DNA from: Methanoregula sp.
Lineage (GTDB): Archaea > Halobacteriota > Methanomicrobia > Methanomicrobiales > Methanospirillaceae
Direction of reading: 5' to 3'
Length of the DNA: 64,000 nt
NCBI GenBank assembly: GCA_039698055.1
Contig: JBDKTL010000016.1
Coordinates: forward strand, 32,001 to 96,000
How positions within the stretch are numbered: position 1 is the first letter of the stretch; each line of letters begins with the position of its first letter. Below are positions 29,306 through 40,706 of this stretch, in pieces. The notes under the pieces are model-generated. The model searched no databases, was not told the origin of the DNA, and saw only the letters and a program-made list of their open reading frames with translations. The position numbers and the translations under genes were made by a program.

Positions 29306-29791
29306 ATGATTCGTTCCCATGATATCATTCCCCCTGCTCTTCCCTTCATACGGCGGGTCACCCTTGCAGATATCCCTGCCATCGTTGCGATCGAAAATGA
29401 GGCGTTTGCTGACCCGTGGGACCATGCAATTTTCACCGAGGCTTTGAGCTATTACCCGACAACGTACTTTGTTGCTGTCCGCGATGGGAACATTGCCGGG
29501 TTTGTTGTCGGTGCCATAGAAGATACCGGGGAAAATATCTATGGGCATATCTGCAACTTTGCTGTCCACCCACAGTACCGCAAGCAGAAGATCGGATCAT
29601 CCCTGCTCCACCGCCTCGAGCAGCAGTTCATGATCGAACGCGCTACCGGCTCTCAGCTGGAAGTGCGTGAATCCAATCTTGCCGCCCAGCGGTTCTATAG
29701 GTGCAAGGGCTACCAGAATGTCTTCCAGGTAGGGGGCTACTACGCAAATGGCGAAGATGCCCTTGTCATGATGAAGTGGTTCCGGTTTTAA
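29306..29791 (+). CDS. rimI: RimI/Ard1-like N-acetyltransferase (GNAT)
   Basis: AVHPQYRKQKIG, LEVRESN, YYANGEDALVM. Confidence 0.9.
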   Translation: MIRSHDIIPPALPFIRRVTLADIPAIVAIENEAFADPWDHAIFTEALSYYPTTYFVAVRDGNIAGFVVGAIEDTGENIYGHICNFAVHPQYRKQKIGSSLLHRLEQQFMIERATGSQLEVRESNLAAQRFYRCKGYQNVFQVGGYYANGEDALVMMKWFRF

Positions 29792-30024
29792 GAACCGGTA
29801 TCCCCTTTCATGGACCCGGAAAAGAAAAGATTTAATGAACACTTCCCTGCCACGTGGGTGAGCCTGCAGGCAACAAGAAATATTCCCGCTTTTACCCGTT
29901 TCGAATTTTTTTCGGGCACAAATTGTACGAAAAGAGCGCCAGTGTCTTAAAAAGTGTTCAACAGGGATTACGTTGCCGGGGCGTCCTGTTACCAAGTGTA
30001 CGATGCCCCCTATTTAAAAAGAAA

Positions 30025-31302
30025 TTATCCCCTCCCGAGCTGCTGGTGGGCGCGGGCAAGGTGCTGGGCGGCAAGTGCGCCAAGAAGAGATAATTCACCT
30101 GCGAGCACTGCTGAAGCAATAATCTCAGCAAGTTTTTTGGCGTTCGTGCCTGCGGGATTTCCTCCACCGGCAACCCCGAGGATTTTCAGGCAATCCTGCT
30201 GGGTTCCGATACCTGTGCCGCCGCCAACGGTTCCAACGGGCAGCGAAGGCAGGGTGATGGAGACGTATACTCCGGTATCCGTGGGATCGACTGTCGTGAT
30301 ACAGGTGGCGCCATCAATTGCATGGGCCGGGTCCTGCCCGCAGGCGATGAACATCGCCGCAACGACATTTGCTGCATGGGCATTGAACCCCATAGAACCG
30401 GCACGGGCGGAACCGATGAGGTTCTTGCGGGTGTTGACTTCGCAGAGCGTCGCGGCGTCGGTCTTTAAGATTTTTTCAATCAGTTCGTGGGAGAGCGCGA
30501 CGCCGGCTACCGCGCTGCGCCCCCTCCCCATAATCCCATTAATGGCAGCGGGTTTCTTGTCGGTGCACATATTGCCTGAGAGTGCAATGAGCCGCGCCCG
30601 GGTCTGGTGCGCGATCTCATCTGCGACTTTGGCGCTTGCGATAGTGACCATGTTCATGCCCATCGCGTCTTTTGTGTCAAATTCGAGCCTGACAAAAACG
30701 CTCGTGCCGGTGATGAAAGTGACAATGTCGGTGAGTTTTCCATGTGAAGTGGTAGCCTGTGCGATGCCGGTAAGTTCTGCCCGGTGTGCCTGTACCCAGT
30801 CCACGATCTCTTTTGCATGGATGACATTCTCTGCTGCAAAGACCGGGGCCCGGGTCATGCCATCATGGAGGATGCGGACCTGTGCGCCACCGGCTTTGGT
30901 GATGGCACTGCACCCCCGGTTTACGGAAGCAATCAGCGCGCCTTCAGTGGTAGCAAGCGGCAGCCAGAACGAGCCGTTTGCATATTCGCCGGTGATTGCG
31001 ATGGGCCCGGCAACGCCCAACGGTACCTGAATGGTGCCGATCATGTTCTCGCAGTTCCGCACAACAACCCGGTCAATGTCGATAGAGAAAATTCCGATAT
31101 TTTCAAGCGCGGTCCCGGTTTCCTGTTCGATAAAACGGCGCCGTACCCGGACGGCGTCCAGAGGTGCGAGTTCCTTGTCGAGCTCGTAGAGTTTTATCGA
31201 GCCGTTTTTGAGTTTTTCGCACATCTGCTCTTCGTGTTCCCTGCCGGCGCCTGATTCTGCACAGCAGTCGCGCCCCTTGCGGTGCTCACCATCATCAGCC
31301 AT
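30025..31302 (-). CDS. hmgA: HMG-CoA reductase (NADPH)
   Basis: CENMIG, PLATTEGAL, DAMGMNM, SGNMCTDKK, GTVGGGT. Confidence 0.97.
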   Translation of the reverse strand: MADDGEHRKGRDCCAESGAGREHEEQMCEKLKNGSIKLYELDKELAPLDAVRVRRRFIEQETGTALENIGIFSIDIDRVVVRNCENMIGTIQVPLGVAGPIAITGEYANGSFWLPLATTEGALIASVNRGCSAITKAGGAQVRILHDGMTRAPVFAAENVIHAKEIVDWVQAHRAELTGIAQATTSHGKLTDIVTFITGTSVFVRLEFDTKDAMGMNMVTIASAKVADEIAHQTRARLIALSGNMCTDKKPAAINGIMGRGRSAVAGVALSHELIEKILKTDAATLCEVNTRKNLIGSARAGSMGFNAHAANVVAAMFIACGQDPAHAIDGATCITTVDPTDTGVYVSITLPSLPVGTVGGGTGIGTQQDCLKILGVAGGGNPAGTNAKKLAEIIASAVLAGELSLLGALAAQHLARAHQQLGRG

Positions 31303-31348
31303 GAATAATGGTAGCACGTATAAATTTATGATACCGGTGGTTTCGAAG

Positions 31349-32266
31349 ATGACGGTTGAACAGTGGGGCATACGGGTACCGCTTGGAGAGGGAGAACCTG
31401 TACGGCAGGCGCTTATTCGTGAAGGGGCGCTTGACCCGGCTCTCAAACCCTGTAAGGATGGCGGTGCGCTCCTGTTGCCCGTGCTTGCGTGGCGGGAGGG
31501 GGCCATAATGTGCGGGTTCGAACCCTTGCCTGACCGGCCGGAGCTCCCGCGCCACGAATTGGTGGGGGGCATTGCGATCATGCAGGACTGCGATGTGGCC
31601 GGTGCGGCACAGGTGCTTGCGTCACGCCCGTCGCTTCATACCGTTCTGTATGCGACAAGTGAAGTATCGGGCGAGTACCGGACCCGGGACTACAAGGTTC
31701 TCGCCGGCACGCTTACCACGCGGACGCAGGTTACTGAGCACGGGCACCGGTTCACAGTCGATCTTGCCGGTGCGTATTTCTCCGCCCGTCTCTCCACCGA
31801 GCGCAACCGGATCCTTCAGCAAATGGGTAAAAACGAACTCGTGCTGGATATGTTTGCTGGTGTGGGGCCGTTTGCCATCTCCCTTGCAGCGCGTGCGGCG
31901 CTCGTTGTGGCATCCGATATCAACCCGCTGGCGATAGAACTGATGATGGAAAACTGCGTGCAGAACCGGTCAAAAAATGTGCTGCCCGTTCTTGCAGATG
32001 TCCGAAATCTTATTGGGATCCTGCCGTGGAAATTTGACCGGATTGTGATGAACCTCCCGCTTGCTGGCACGGAATTTCTGCCGGAAGCGTTCCAGCTCTG
32101 CCGACACGGTGGGACGATCCATTTCTATGCTCTTGTTTCACAGGAAGGAGAACATCTTGCCCGAATCCGGGAACTGGGCGCGGAACATATCACCGAGCGC
32201 ATGGTGCGGTCATACTCGCCCGGGCAGTGGCATGCGGTGTACGATATTGAAGTGAAATCTGATTAA
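31349..32266 (+). CDS. Trm5/Met-10+ family tRNA methyltransferase
   Basis: AYFSARLSTER, LDMFAGVGPF, DRIVMNLP. Confidence 0.88.
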   Translation: MTVEQWGIRVPLGEGEPVRQALIREGALDPALKPCKDGGALLLPVLAWREGAIMCGFEPLPDRPELPRHELVGGIAIMQDCDVAGAAQVLASRPSLHTVLYATSEVSGEYRTRDYKVLAGTLTTRTQVTEHGHRFTVDLAGAYFSARLSTERNRILQQMGKNELVLDMFAGVGPFAISLAARAALVVASDINPLAIELMMENCVQNRSKNVLPVLADVRNLIGILPWKFDRIVMNLPLAGTEFLPEAFQLCRHGGTIHFYALVSQEGEHLARIRELGAEHITERMVRSYSPGQWHAVYDIEVKSD

Positions 32267-32352
32267 TATCCCGGCAACCTGCTATTATCTGTCCAATTAG
32301 CGGATGGGAAACCACCTCCCTGCCAGGACCGGAAACACCCGATGAAAAAAAA

Positions 32353-32745
32353 TTATTCCACCGGCACAAACTTCGTGCCGTAGTGGATGATGCCGCTCTC
32401 GCCATCGGTAGCGATCTTGCGGAACACACTTTTTACCTTCATGCCGATCTTCGCAGATTTCGGGTCACAGATGATTTGGGTGGTCATCTGGGGGCCTTCA
32501 TCAAGTTTGATGATGGCAAGGACATATGGCCCGGGAGAGGTGAACTGGTCCGGGGCGGTCTGGATGATCGTATAGGTGACCACGGTTCCCGTGCCGGAGA
32601 ACTTGTGGTCAACGATTTTTCCGGTCCTGCGGCAGTCCGGGCAGAATGTCCGCGGGGGGAAGAAGTGCCGGCCGCAGGTCTCGCACTTCGTGCCGACAAG
32701 GTTGTAGCGCTGGGGGATCTTTCTCCAGAATCGTGCGACGGTCAT
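32353..32745 (-). CDS. DUF35 Zn-ribbon/OB-fold scaffold of the thiolase-HMGCS complex
   Basis: CETCG..FPPR..CPDC, YGTKF; position in the thiolase/HMGCS operon. Confidence 0.92.
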   Translation of the reverse strand: MTVARFWRKIPQRYNLVGTKCETCGRHFFPPRTFCPDCRRTGKIVDHKFSGTGTVVTYTIIQTAPDQFTSPGPYVLAIIKLDEGPQMTTQIICDPKSAKIGMKVKSVFRKIATDGESGIIHYGTKFVPVE

Positions 32746-32746
32746 G

Positions 32747-33913
32747 TTACACCCTCCCGAGGATGTGGACAGCGACCGTTGCACCGGTACCGCCAACGTT
32801 ATGGGTCATACCTATCTTCGCGCCATCGATCTGGCGTTTGCCGGCATCGCCGCGAAGCTGCTGGACGATCTCGTAGACCTGCTTGATGCCGGTCGCTCCG
32901 ACCGGGTGGCCGCAGGCTTTGAGGCCGCCGCTTGTATTGACGGGGATTTTTCCGCCAAGTGCGGTCTCGCCATCGGCCGTGAACTTCCCGGCCTCTCCCT
33001 TTTTGCAGAACCCGAGATCTTCGATTGCGCAGATCTCGGCGATCGAGAAACAGTCGTGCACTTCCACCATGTCGATATCCTTGTGTGACAGTTTTGCCAT
33101 CCTGAACGCACGCTGCCCTGCTTCGATAGTTGCGTCAAGTGTCGAGATGTCCCGCCGGTCATGGAGCGCGATGGTGTCGCTTGCCTGGGCAGTTGCCAGC
33201 ACTTTGATCGGGGTGTCCGTGAATTCGCGGGCACGATCGAGCGGTGCGACGATGACGGCTGCCGCCCCGTCCGTGATAGGCGAACAGTCAAAGAGACGGA
33301 GGGGCTCTGCCACCATCGTGGATCTCATGACGGTCTCAAGTGTAATTTCCTGCTGGAACTGGGCGATGGGGTTTCTCGCGCCGTTGTAATGGTTCTTCAC
33401 CGCAACCTGTGCCAGCTGCTCGCGGGTCATGGAGTACTTGTGCATGTAGTCGTTTGCGATCATCGCGTACAGGCCGGGGAATGTCGCACCGACAAATCCT
33501 TCCCACTCACGATCCGCTGCGCCGGTAAGGGCATCCGTGCTCGCACCGGGTTCGACATCGGTCATCTTCTCGACGCCGGCTGCGACTACGATATCTTCCA
33601 TGCCGCTTGCGACCGCGATGACAGCCTGCCGGAATGCAAGACCGCCGGAAGCACAGGCCGCCTCAACACGCGTGGAGGGGATATGACGTGTTGCCATACC
33701 TGCGTAGTCCGCGATGAGAGCGCCGATGTGCTCCTGTTCGATGAACCGGCCGGCGCTCATGTTGCCGACATACATGGCATCGATATTTTCTCCTGAAAGC
33801 TGGGCATCCTCAAGAGCGAGGGTACCTGCCTCCACAAAGAGATCACGGAACGAACTTTCCCACTTCTCCCCGAATTTGGTACAGCCCACACCAATCACTG
33901 CAACGTCTCTCAT
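32747..33913 (-). CDS. acetoacetyl-CoA thiolase (archaeal)
   Basis: [23 protein letters not shown]. Confidence 0.95.
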   Translation of the reverse strand: MRDVAVIGVGCTKFGEKWESSFRDLFVEAGTLALEDAQLSGENIDAMYVGNMSAGRFIEQEHIGALIADYAGMATRHIPSTRVEAACASGGLAFRQAVIAVASGMEDIVVAAGVEKMTDVEPGASTDALTGAADREWEGFVGATFPGLYAMIANDYMHKYSMTREQLAQVAVKNHYNGARNPIAQFQQEITLETVMRSTMVAEPLRLFDCSPITDGAAAVIVAPLDRAREFTDTPIKVLATAQASDTIALHDRRDISTLDATIEAGQRAFRMAKLSHKDIDMVEVHDCFSIAEICAIEDLGFCKKGEAGKFTADGETALGGKIPVNTSGGLKACGHPVGATGIKQVYEIVQQLRGDAGKRQIDGAKIGMTHNVGGTGATVAVHILGRV

Positions 33914-34959
33914 ACCTGCATCACCAGTTTTCCCTTGTGTTTTGCATACAATGCATAGTCCAGGTAGATTGGATTTTCCAAAAGTTTCTCAACACCCGGA
34001 GCCGCGTCGCGGTTGATTTTGTCTTTAATCGCGTCGGTTACCGTGAGGTCGAACGCGTCGCTGCCGGCACCGGACCCGAACGAACAGACAAAGATCGTGT
34101 CGCCCGGTTTTGCGATGTCCAGTGTTGCCGCAAGACCGATGGGTGATGCACCTGAGTAGGTGTTGCCAAGGCGCGGGACAACAAGGCCCGGTTTGATCTG
34201 CTCGGGCTTGAACCCAAGATCTTTTGCGACCTTCTGCGGGAATTTCGCGTTTGGCTGGTGGAAGACCGCGTAGGTAAAGTCCTTGGGGCTTTTTCTGGTC
34301 TGCTCAAACAGAAGTGTGCTCGCACCCTTCACGTGTTTGAAGTAACCGGGGTCTCCGGTGAACCGTCCGCCGTGGCGGGGGTAGTCCTGGCCTTCCCGTC
34401 GCCAGAAGTCGGGAGTGTCGGTCGTGAACGAACAGGTATGGTTGATCGTTGCAATCGGGTCATCGTTTCCGATTACGTATGCTGCGCCGCCAGCTGCTGC
34501 CGTGTATTCGAGAGCGTCACTTGGGGCACCCTGCGAAACATCGGAGCCGATTGCAACCCCGTACTTGATCATGTTGCTTTTTACAAGGCCCATACAGGTC
34601 TGGATTGCAGCCGTTCCTGCCTTGCAGGCAAACTCGTAATCTGCTGCGGTCATATTCGGCGTGGCACCAATTGCCTCGCCCACGGTACATGCGGTTGGTT
34701 TAACAGCGTATGGGTGGGACTCGCTGCCCACGTACACGGCGCCGATCTCGGCCGGGTCCACGTGCCTGCGGAGCAGGGCATTCCTTGCCGCTTCAACAGC
34801 AATTGTTGCCGCGTCCTCGTCCATGTCCGGCACGGACTTTTCAAATACGCCAAGACCGCCGGTAATGTCGGACGCGTTGGCGCCCCACACCCGGGCAATC
34901 TCCTCAACCTTGATCCGGTATCTCGGTATATACACACCGTAGGTAATGATGCCTACCAT
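33910..34959 (-). CDS. hmgB: HMG-CoA synthase
   Basis: [35 protein letters not shown]. Confidence 0.95.
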   Translation of the reverse strand: MVGIITYGVYIPRYRIKVEEIARVWGANASDITGGLGVFEKSVPDMDEDAATIAVEAARNALLRRHVDPAEIGAVYVGSESHPYAVKPTACTVGEAIGATPNMTAADYEFACKAGTAAIQTCMGLVKSNMIKYGVAIGSDVSQGAPSDALEYTAAAGGAAYVIGNDDPIATINHTCSFTTDTPDFWRREGQDYPRHGGRFTGDPGYFKHVKGASTLLFEQTRKSPKDFTYAVFHQPNAKFPQKVAKDLGFKPEQIKPGLVVPRLGNTYSGASPIGLAATLDIAKPGDTIFVCSFGSGAGSDAFDLTVTDAIKDKINRDAAPGVEKLLENPIYLDYALYAKHKGKLVMQV

Positions 34960-35675
34960 TGTTTTTCCCTCAATGTACTCACAATTTTGTCGATTTCCAT
35001 ACTCGTGCACAGCACCGTAATGTGATCGCGGTTCGCCATCTTTTCCACGATCGGGTGGACGTCGGCCGCTTCGATTCCCTGAAGCACAACGCACCGGGGT
35101 TTAAACGGGGTGACCCGGATCGCCACCATTGGCGACTTGCCGGTCGACACGTTGGTAAAGATCAGGGCACGTTCCGTGCTCCACCCGTAAATGCGGTTGA
35201 ATTCGTTGCTTGACAACTGCATGATCGCATTCAGGCTGTTTACGACTGTGTAACCGAAGATGGTCTTGTCCATCGATCCGCAGAGAAGCGTGCATCCAAT
35301 CGCATCGGTAAGATCTTTGAGGGCGACAGGATTGTCATACTCGTGGAGATCGTAGATCACATCATCGACAACATTCGAAAAGAGCATGGTTGAAAATTTT
35401 TCAATTTGTTTGCCGCCTTTCTCCTCGTCAATAGCGAGAAGCGCATCGACAATTTTGCCGACAACAGCGGTCCCGGGACTTTTTCTCCGCCCGCTTTCGT
35501 AGTCACTGATCACGGACGGGGAAATGCTGAGGCGATCCGACAGGACGCCGGGCGCAATCTCAAAGTTCTGGCGCCATTTTTTCAGCGCAAGTCCCGGTGA
35601 GTCCGACAGGGTAATCTCACCCGCCATCTTTTCGGCGAGCTGGTTACGCACTCCGGAATTCATACTCATGATCAA
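34953..35675 (-). CDS. XRE-type HTH transcriptional regulator upstream of the mevalonate genes
   Basis: [37 protein letters not shown]. Confidence 0.85.
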   Translation of the reverse strand: MIMSMNSGVRNQLAEKMAGEITLSDSPGLALKKWRQNFEIAPGVLSDRLSISPSVISDYESGRRKSPGTAVVGKIVDALLAIDEEKGGKQIEKFSTMLFSNVVDDVIYDLHEYDNPVALKDLTDAIGCTLLCGSMDKTIFGYTVVNSLNAIMQLSSNEFNRIYGWSTERALIFTNVSTGKSPMVAIRVTPFKPRCVVLQGIEAADVHPIVEKMANRDHITVLCTSMEIDKIVSTLREKQW

Positions 35676-35787
35676 GAACCCGTGGCGTTATATAATTAAC
35701 GAACATGTGTTCGACATCAAACGAATGCCGACGAAGGGGCAGTGCAAAGGCAATCCATAAATAATAAGCATCCCAATTTTGATAAGC

Positions 35788-36456
35788 ATGGTGCTGGCTG
35801 AGGAACTGGAATGTCTCAAGGCAATCGCCCTCATGGGTGGCTGTCGGGGTTCTGTCATGGTTTCTTCCCAGGTGATCGGCGAAGCTCTTACGGCAAGCCC
35901 GCAGACTGCGTCACGGCGGATCCGGGCGCTCGAAAGCCAGGCGCTGATCACCCGGACGATGAGACCGGATGGCCAGCATATTACCGTCACGAAGGCTGGT
36001 GAGGATGCCCTCCGGCGCGAGTACGCGGATTACTGCCGGCTGTTTGCGCACGATGGCGCTCATTACGTGCTTACCGGGATCGTGATCAACGGTCTTGGCG
36101 AAGGGCGGTATTACATGAGCCTTGAGCCGTACAAAAAACAGTTTCTCCGACTACTCGGGTTTGAGCCTTTTCCCGGCACGCTCAACTTGCGCCTCTCGGG
36201 CCAGAGCATCCCGACCCGAAAAAAGATGGAATCCCTGAACTGGATCGCGATACGCGGGTTTTCTGATCAGGGCCGCACTTTTGGGGATGTCCGCTGCCTG
36301 CCCTGCCGGATCAACGATATTCCCTGCGGAATTGTCGTGCCCGGGAGGACCCATTACCCGGAGGATATTGTTGAAGTGATCGCAGGAGTGGGCCTGCGCG
36401 ACGCGCTGGGAATAAAAGAGAATGATCAGGTGAACGTGGAGGTTGCACATGATTGA
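35788..36456 (+). CDS. ribK: CTP-dependent riboflavin kinase with N-terminal HTH (RbkR-like)
   Basis: SPQTASRR HTH; GLGEGRYYM, PFPGTLN, PGRTHY. Confidence 0.93.
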   Translation: MVLAEELECLKAIALMGGCRGSVMVSSQVIGEALTASPQTASRRIRALESQALITRTMRPDGQHITVTKAGEDALRREYADYCRLFAHDGAHYVLTGIVINGLGEGRYYMSLEPYKKQFLRLLGFEPFPGTLNLRLSGQSIPTRKKMESLNWIAIRGFSDQGRTFGDVRCLPCRINDIPCGIVVPGRTHYPEDIVEVIAGVGLRDALGIKENDQVNVEVAHD

Positions 36457-37126
36457 CGAAGCACTAACGGCATTACGGGACGGCAGGTTTGTCCTGCTGT
36501 ATGATTTTGACGACAGGGAAGGCGAAACGGATTTTGCAATACGGTCGGATGCCGTGACCCCCCGGCATATCCTGCAGATGCGAAAGGACGGCGGGGGCCT
36601 GATCTGTACGGCGGTTCACCCGGTTGCGGCGCAGCGTCTGGGTCTCCCGTTTGCCAGCGATGTCCTCCAGGGCACCCATATTGCCGAGCAGACCGGTGAA
36701 ATTCCTTACGACCGCAAGAACCATTCCTCGTTCTCGCTCTGGGTGAACCACCGCAACACCTTCACGGGCATTACTGACCGTGACCGCGCACTCACGATTA
36801 CGGCAGTTGCAGAGCAGGTAAAAAAGTCCATGAATGGCGGCGGTGCGAATTTCAACGCCCAGTTCCGGACACCGGGCCATTGTGCACTCCTCCGGGCAGC
36901 AGACCATCTGCTTGACCAGCGCAAAGGCCAGACCGAACTGTCTGTAGCCCTTGCAGACATGGCCGGGATCACCCCATCGATCACGATCTGCGAGATGCTG
37001 GATGATGAGTCCGGCTATGCACTTTCAAAGAAAGACGCACAGGCTTACGCAAAGAAGCACCGGCTGGTCTTTGTGGAAGGCAGTGAAGTGCTCGAGCGGT
37101 GGGAAACCGGCAAAGGTTCTCACTAG
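36449..37126 (+). CDS. ribB: 3,4-dihydroxy-2-butanone-4-phosphate synthase
   Basis: DDREGETD, GGLIC, TGITDRDRA, RTPGH, CEMLD. Confidence 0.95.
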   Translation: MIDEALTALRDGRFVLLYDFDDREGETDFAIRSDAVTPRHILQMRKDGGGLICTAVHPVAAQRLGLPFASDVLQGTHIAEQTGEIPYDRKNHSSFSLWVNHRNTFTGITDRDRALTITAVAEQVKKSMNGGGANFNAQFRTPGHCALLRAADHLLDQRKGQTELSVALADMAGITPSITICEMLDDESGYALSKKDAQAYAKKHRLVFVEGSEVLERWETGKGSH

Positions 37127-37233
37127 GCCCCACTATTTTTTATCCGTTTTATCAATTCTTTTTCCTGTTCGCGAACATTCATGGTGTTTTTTTGAGTATC
37201 GATAAATAGCATTATCTGCCAATTTTAAAGGAC

Positions 37234-38418
37234 ATGAAAGTTCCCGCTTCCGAACTTAATGACCGCATGAACCGTTTCCGGGCACGGATGGATCTAACCA
37301 GCCCCGACTGGAAGGTCGCGGTGATACTGGAACGCATCCACCTCTACTATTTTACCGGCACGCTGCAGGACGGCATGCTCGTCATTACCCGGGATCATGA
37401 GCCGGTATTCTGGGTGCGGCGGAGTTACGAACGGGCGGTGGCCGAATCCCTGTTCCCGTGTATCCGGAAGATGAGGAGTTACCGTGACGCCGCCGCTGCA
37501 ATGGGGCCCCTGCCAAAAACGGTATACATGGAAACCAACCTTGTTACCCTTGCGCAACTCCAGCGGCTGCAAAAATATTTCCCCTTTACCGATATCCGGC
37601 CGGTTGACGAACAGGTAGCGGCGGTCCGGTCCGTGAAGAGCGCTTATGAACTGTCCCTTATGGAACATGCCGGGGAGATCCACCGGCATGTTCTTGAGGA
37701 TTGCGTACCGGCGCTTCTTTTGGAAGGGATGAACGAGGTGGAACTCTCAAGCGATCTCTACTCGCTTATGGTGCGGGAAGGTCACCAGGGCATTATCCGG
37801 TTTGGGATGTTCAACGAGATGGTGCTTGGCCAGATCGGGTTTGGGACCAGTTCAATCTCTCCAACCTGCGTGAATACCCCGGGGGGAATTTATGGCCTGC
37901 ACCCGTCAGTCCCGCTGATGGGGTGCCGTGAGCGGGACCTAAAAAAAGGAGATCTTGTCCTTGTTGATATCGGGTGCGGGTACAAAGGATACCAGACCGA
38001 TAAAACCCAGACGTATATGTTTGGGAAACCGATTCCTGAAGATGCCATTCGGATCCATTACCAGTGCGTGGATATCCAGGACCAGATCGCGGCATACCTG
38101 AAACCAGGAGCGATCCCATCAGAGATCTATACGAACGTCATGGAAAGTCTCGCGCCTGAATTTTTAAAAAATTTCATGGGATACGGGGATAACACGGTCA
38201 ACTTTCTTGGCCATGGTATCGGGCTGTGGATCGATGAAACCCCCGTAATCGCACAGGGATTTGATGAACCGCTGCAGGAGGGAATGGTGTTTGCGATTGA
38301 ACCAAAGAAAGGAATCCGGGATGTCGGACTTGTAGGCATCGAGAACACGTTTGTCGTAACCCCGCAGGGAGGCCGGAGCATTACCGGAAAGAACCGGGGA
38401 CTGATACCAGTATACTGA
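37234..38418 (+). CDS. M24-family (Xaa-Pro) aminopeptidase
   Basis: GYQTDKT, GHGIGL..DETP, FAIEP, GIENT. Confidence 0.9.
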   Translation: MKVPASELNDRMNRFRARMDLTSPDWKVAVILERIHLYYFTGTLQDGMLVITRDHEPVFWVRRSYERAVAESLFPCIRKMRSYRDAAAAMGPLPKTVYMETNLVTLAQLQRLQKYFPFTDIRPVDEQVAAVRSVKSAYELSLMEHAGEIHRHVLEDCVPALLLEGMNEVELSSDLYSLMVREGHQGIIRFGMFNEMVLGQIGFGTSSISPTCVNTPGGIYGLHPSVPLMGCRERDLKKGDLVLVDIGCGYKGYQTDKTQTYMFGKPIPEDAIRIHYQCVDIQDQIAAYLKPGAIPSEIYTNVMESLAPEFLKNFMGYGDNTVNFLGHGIGLWIDETPVIAQGFDEPLQEGMVFAIEPKKGIRDVGLVGIENTFVVTPQGGRSITGKNRGLIPVY

Positions 38419-38535
38419 TCAGGTCAAGACACCATGAGGAGGTTCCGGATTTCCCCGGGGTATTAGCAACCCGGAAACCGCCCACCGGCATGTTCATTGC
38501 CGGCCAGATTGGTGAAGGTTATCATTTAAAAAAAG

Positions 38536-39138
38536 TTACATCTTGATCTGCGCAAGCACGTCGTATGCCATTTTCTTAAAGACGGCCGGATCAATAGTGG
38601 GATACTGCTCTTTTGCCATCACCACATCCTTACCCTCGCCCTTTGCGAACGCTTCGACCCGGTCGAGTGTCCGGGCAGCGGTATCGAGCACCCAGAGATC
38701 CCGGGTTTCCTTGTCCACAACGTTGATCGATTCGATCCGGACGGATACCAGCGGTGCACTCGCCGGATCTTTCTGGTAGATGGAAGGCTTCCCGACAACC
38801 GCGACAAATGCAGGTGTTTCGATCTTTGCCAGCTGCTGCATCGCCTCGGGCTGGTAACTTCCCGCCATGATAAAGAATGTGCCGGTCGGATCGACAACCC
38901 GTCCCCGGTAGAACACATTCTGGTCGCCCTGCCGCTGCTTTTCAGTGAGCGTACCGATCAGGAAAATCCGGTTGGAACGCTCCCCTGTCGGGAGCAGGAC
39001 AAACGTCGGGCTCTTCTCGTCCTCGCCATCCTTAAACGAGTACCGGCATTCGCGCAGCTCGGCAGCAAAAACTCTCCGGGCCGGCTCGCGTTCAAATGCA
39101 ACATCTTTCCTTCCCATGTCCCGTGCGTTCATGCTCAT
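38536..39138 (-). CDS. RPA-associated OB-fold protein
   Basis: REPARRVFAAE, LLPTGERSNR, DPTGTF. Confidence 0.85.
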   Translation of the reverse strand: MSMNARDMGRKDVAFEREPARRVFAAELRECRYSFKDGEDEKSPTFVLLPTGERSNRIFLIGTLTEKQRQGDQNVFYRGRVVDPTGTFFIMAGSYQPEAMQQLAKIETPAFVAVVGKPSIYQKDPASAPLVSVRIESINVVDKETRDLWVLDTAARTLDRVEAFAKGEGKDVVMAKEQYPTIDPAVFKKMAYDVLAQIKM

Positions 39139-40385
39139 GGCGCACCTCCGGCGCGGTTCAAGAGCGCTGAATGTTCCCCGCTTTCGAATTTCGCCGGCTC
39201 GCAGGTATTGACCAGCAGCCGGTTCTCGATCTCACGACCGGTGCAGATCACGTACCGGCCAAGTATCGCATCCCGCATCCGGAGGAACACCTCGTCCATC
39301 CCGAGAGGGTTATTCTCCGCGATCTCTTTTGCCGTATCGAGCGTGATTTTTGTCAGTGACTCGACAACCTCGCGCTGCATCAGGATATTGTGCGTCTTCT
39401 CCCCATCGTCCAGCCACCCCTTGATCCGCAGATCATAGACAAAATTGGGCTGGATCTCGTGCACCGGACAGTAATTCTGGCGCGAGAGCGCGCGGTTGCA
39501 TCCCTCCAACGGGCAGCGCTTGATAATCCCGGAACCGGGTGCGATGTGAACCATCGCGCCGCGTACCGTCACTTCACCCCCGCTCAGTGTGGCAATATCG
39601 CCATCCTCCTGCATGATTGTCGCGGTGGTCAGGTTCAGCGAGAGCCTGCCGTTGAACTCGTCAACCTGGCAATAGAAAATGGAATAGACCGAACCCATGG
39701 CAAGCCGCTCTTTACCGGGTTCTTTCCAGATCACGAACTTAATCGTGCCTGTCTCATCGCCCAAAAGCCCTGACTGGAGCATCCGTTCGTGCGTGGATTC
39801 CCATTCCTGCACCACCTTTGCACGGACACTTGCCACACCGGTGCGGAGAGAATTAATCGGTACGGGTGTGGGAATGAGCGGATCGGTTGTCCCGAGCTCC
39901 TTAACTGTGGTGCCGGAATGAATCTTGAGGCTGGGGATTCCCTTGTATTCGTCGACAACTGCGGATTCAATACGATACCACCCACCCTCAGTCATGAGCG
40001 GGGCATTTGACTTTGCCCAGGCCACAAACCGGATTCCCCCGGACTCATCAGCGATGATGCCGCTTTGGGCAATCACCGGTGAGGCGGGCGATGCAAGTGA
40101 CACCACTTTTCCTTCGATGGTCACCCAATCGCCCGGCACAGAGTCCGCGATCTTCTTCTGTTCTGTCGCGCCACCCGGACTTGTCCCGCCACTGCCCGGA
40201 CTCGTAACCGGGATATTGAACTCTTTGTAGAGTTCGTTTGTCACGCTACGCTCTGCTTCTGATGGCTGGACGCCGAACTCTTCAATGAGCCGGCGTAGTT
40301 TGCCTTCGATCTTCTGGCGATCAACCGTTTGTCCTTTCTGTGAAAACTTACGGGAGATTCTTTCTGCTGTTTCGGAAAAATCCAT
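39135..40385 (-). CDS. rpa: replication protein A (OB folds plus Zn finger)
   Basis: GIIADESG, GLLGDETG, CPLEGCNR..CPVH, YDLRIK..LDDG. Confidence 0.92.
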   Translation of the reverse strand: MDFSETAERISRKFSQKGQTVDRQKIEGKLRRLIEEFGVQPSEAERSVTNELYKEFNIPVTSPGSGGTSPGGATEQKKIADSVPGDWVTIEGKVVSLASPASPVIAQSGIIADESGGIRFVAWAKSNAPLMTEGGWYRIESAVVDEYKGIPSLKIHSGTTVKELGTTDPLIPTPVPINSLRTGVASVRAKVVQEWESTHERMLQSGLLGDETGTIKFVIWKEPGKERLAMGSVYSIFYCQVDEFNGRLSLNLTTATIMQEDGDIATLSGGEVTVRGAMVHIAPGSGIIKRCPLEGCNRALSRQNYCPVHEIQPNFVYDLRIKGWLDDGEKTHNILMQREVVESLTKITLDTAKEIAENNPLGMDEVFLRMRDAILGRYVICTGREIENRLLVNTCEPAKFESGEHSALLNRAGGAP

Positions 40386-40507
40386 GTTCATACATCTCCA
40401 GATAACTATCGGTTCTTCCAAGGGGTATATATTGCGAAGTATGCGCAGTGAAAGTGAAACTGACGCGATGGTGAGATTTATGAGCCGGCAGGGGAATTTA
40501 GTATGAT

Positions 40508-40702
40508 ATGGCTGAATTAACTGCTGATTCCACGATCTACGATCTCCTGCAGGCAAAACCAGAATCGACTGAAGCCCTCTTCAAGTTCGGCATGGGCTGT
40601 GTCGGGTGTGCAATTGCCCGTGGCGAAACCATCCGCCAGGCTGCCGAAGCACATGGCATTCCCCTTCCCGAGCTCTTAAAGGCACTCGGAATCAAGGAAT
40701 AA
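40508..40702 (+). CDS. DUF1858-domain small protein
   Basis: FGMGCVGC...ETIRQAAEAHG. Confidence 0.88.
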   Translation: MAELTADSTIYDLLQAKPESTEALFKFGMGCVGCAIARGETIRQAAEAHGIPLPELLKALGIKE

Positions 40703-40706
40703 ATTC

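Noticed and set aside
30025-35675. Mevalonate gene cluster as a novel system
   Set aside because: The thiolase/HMGCS/DUF35 complex and HMG-CoA reductase are well-described archaeal housekeeping genes.
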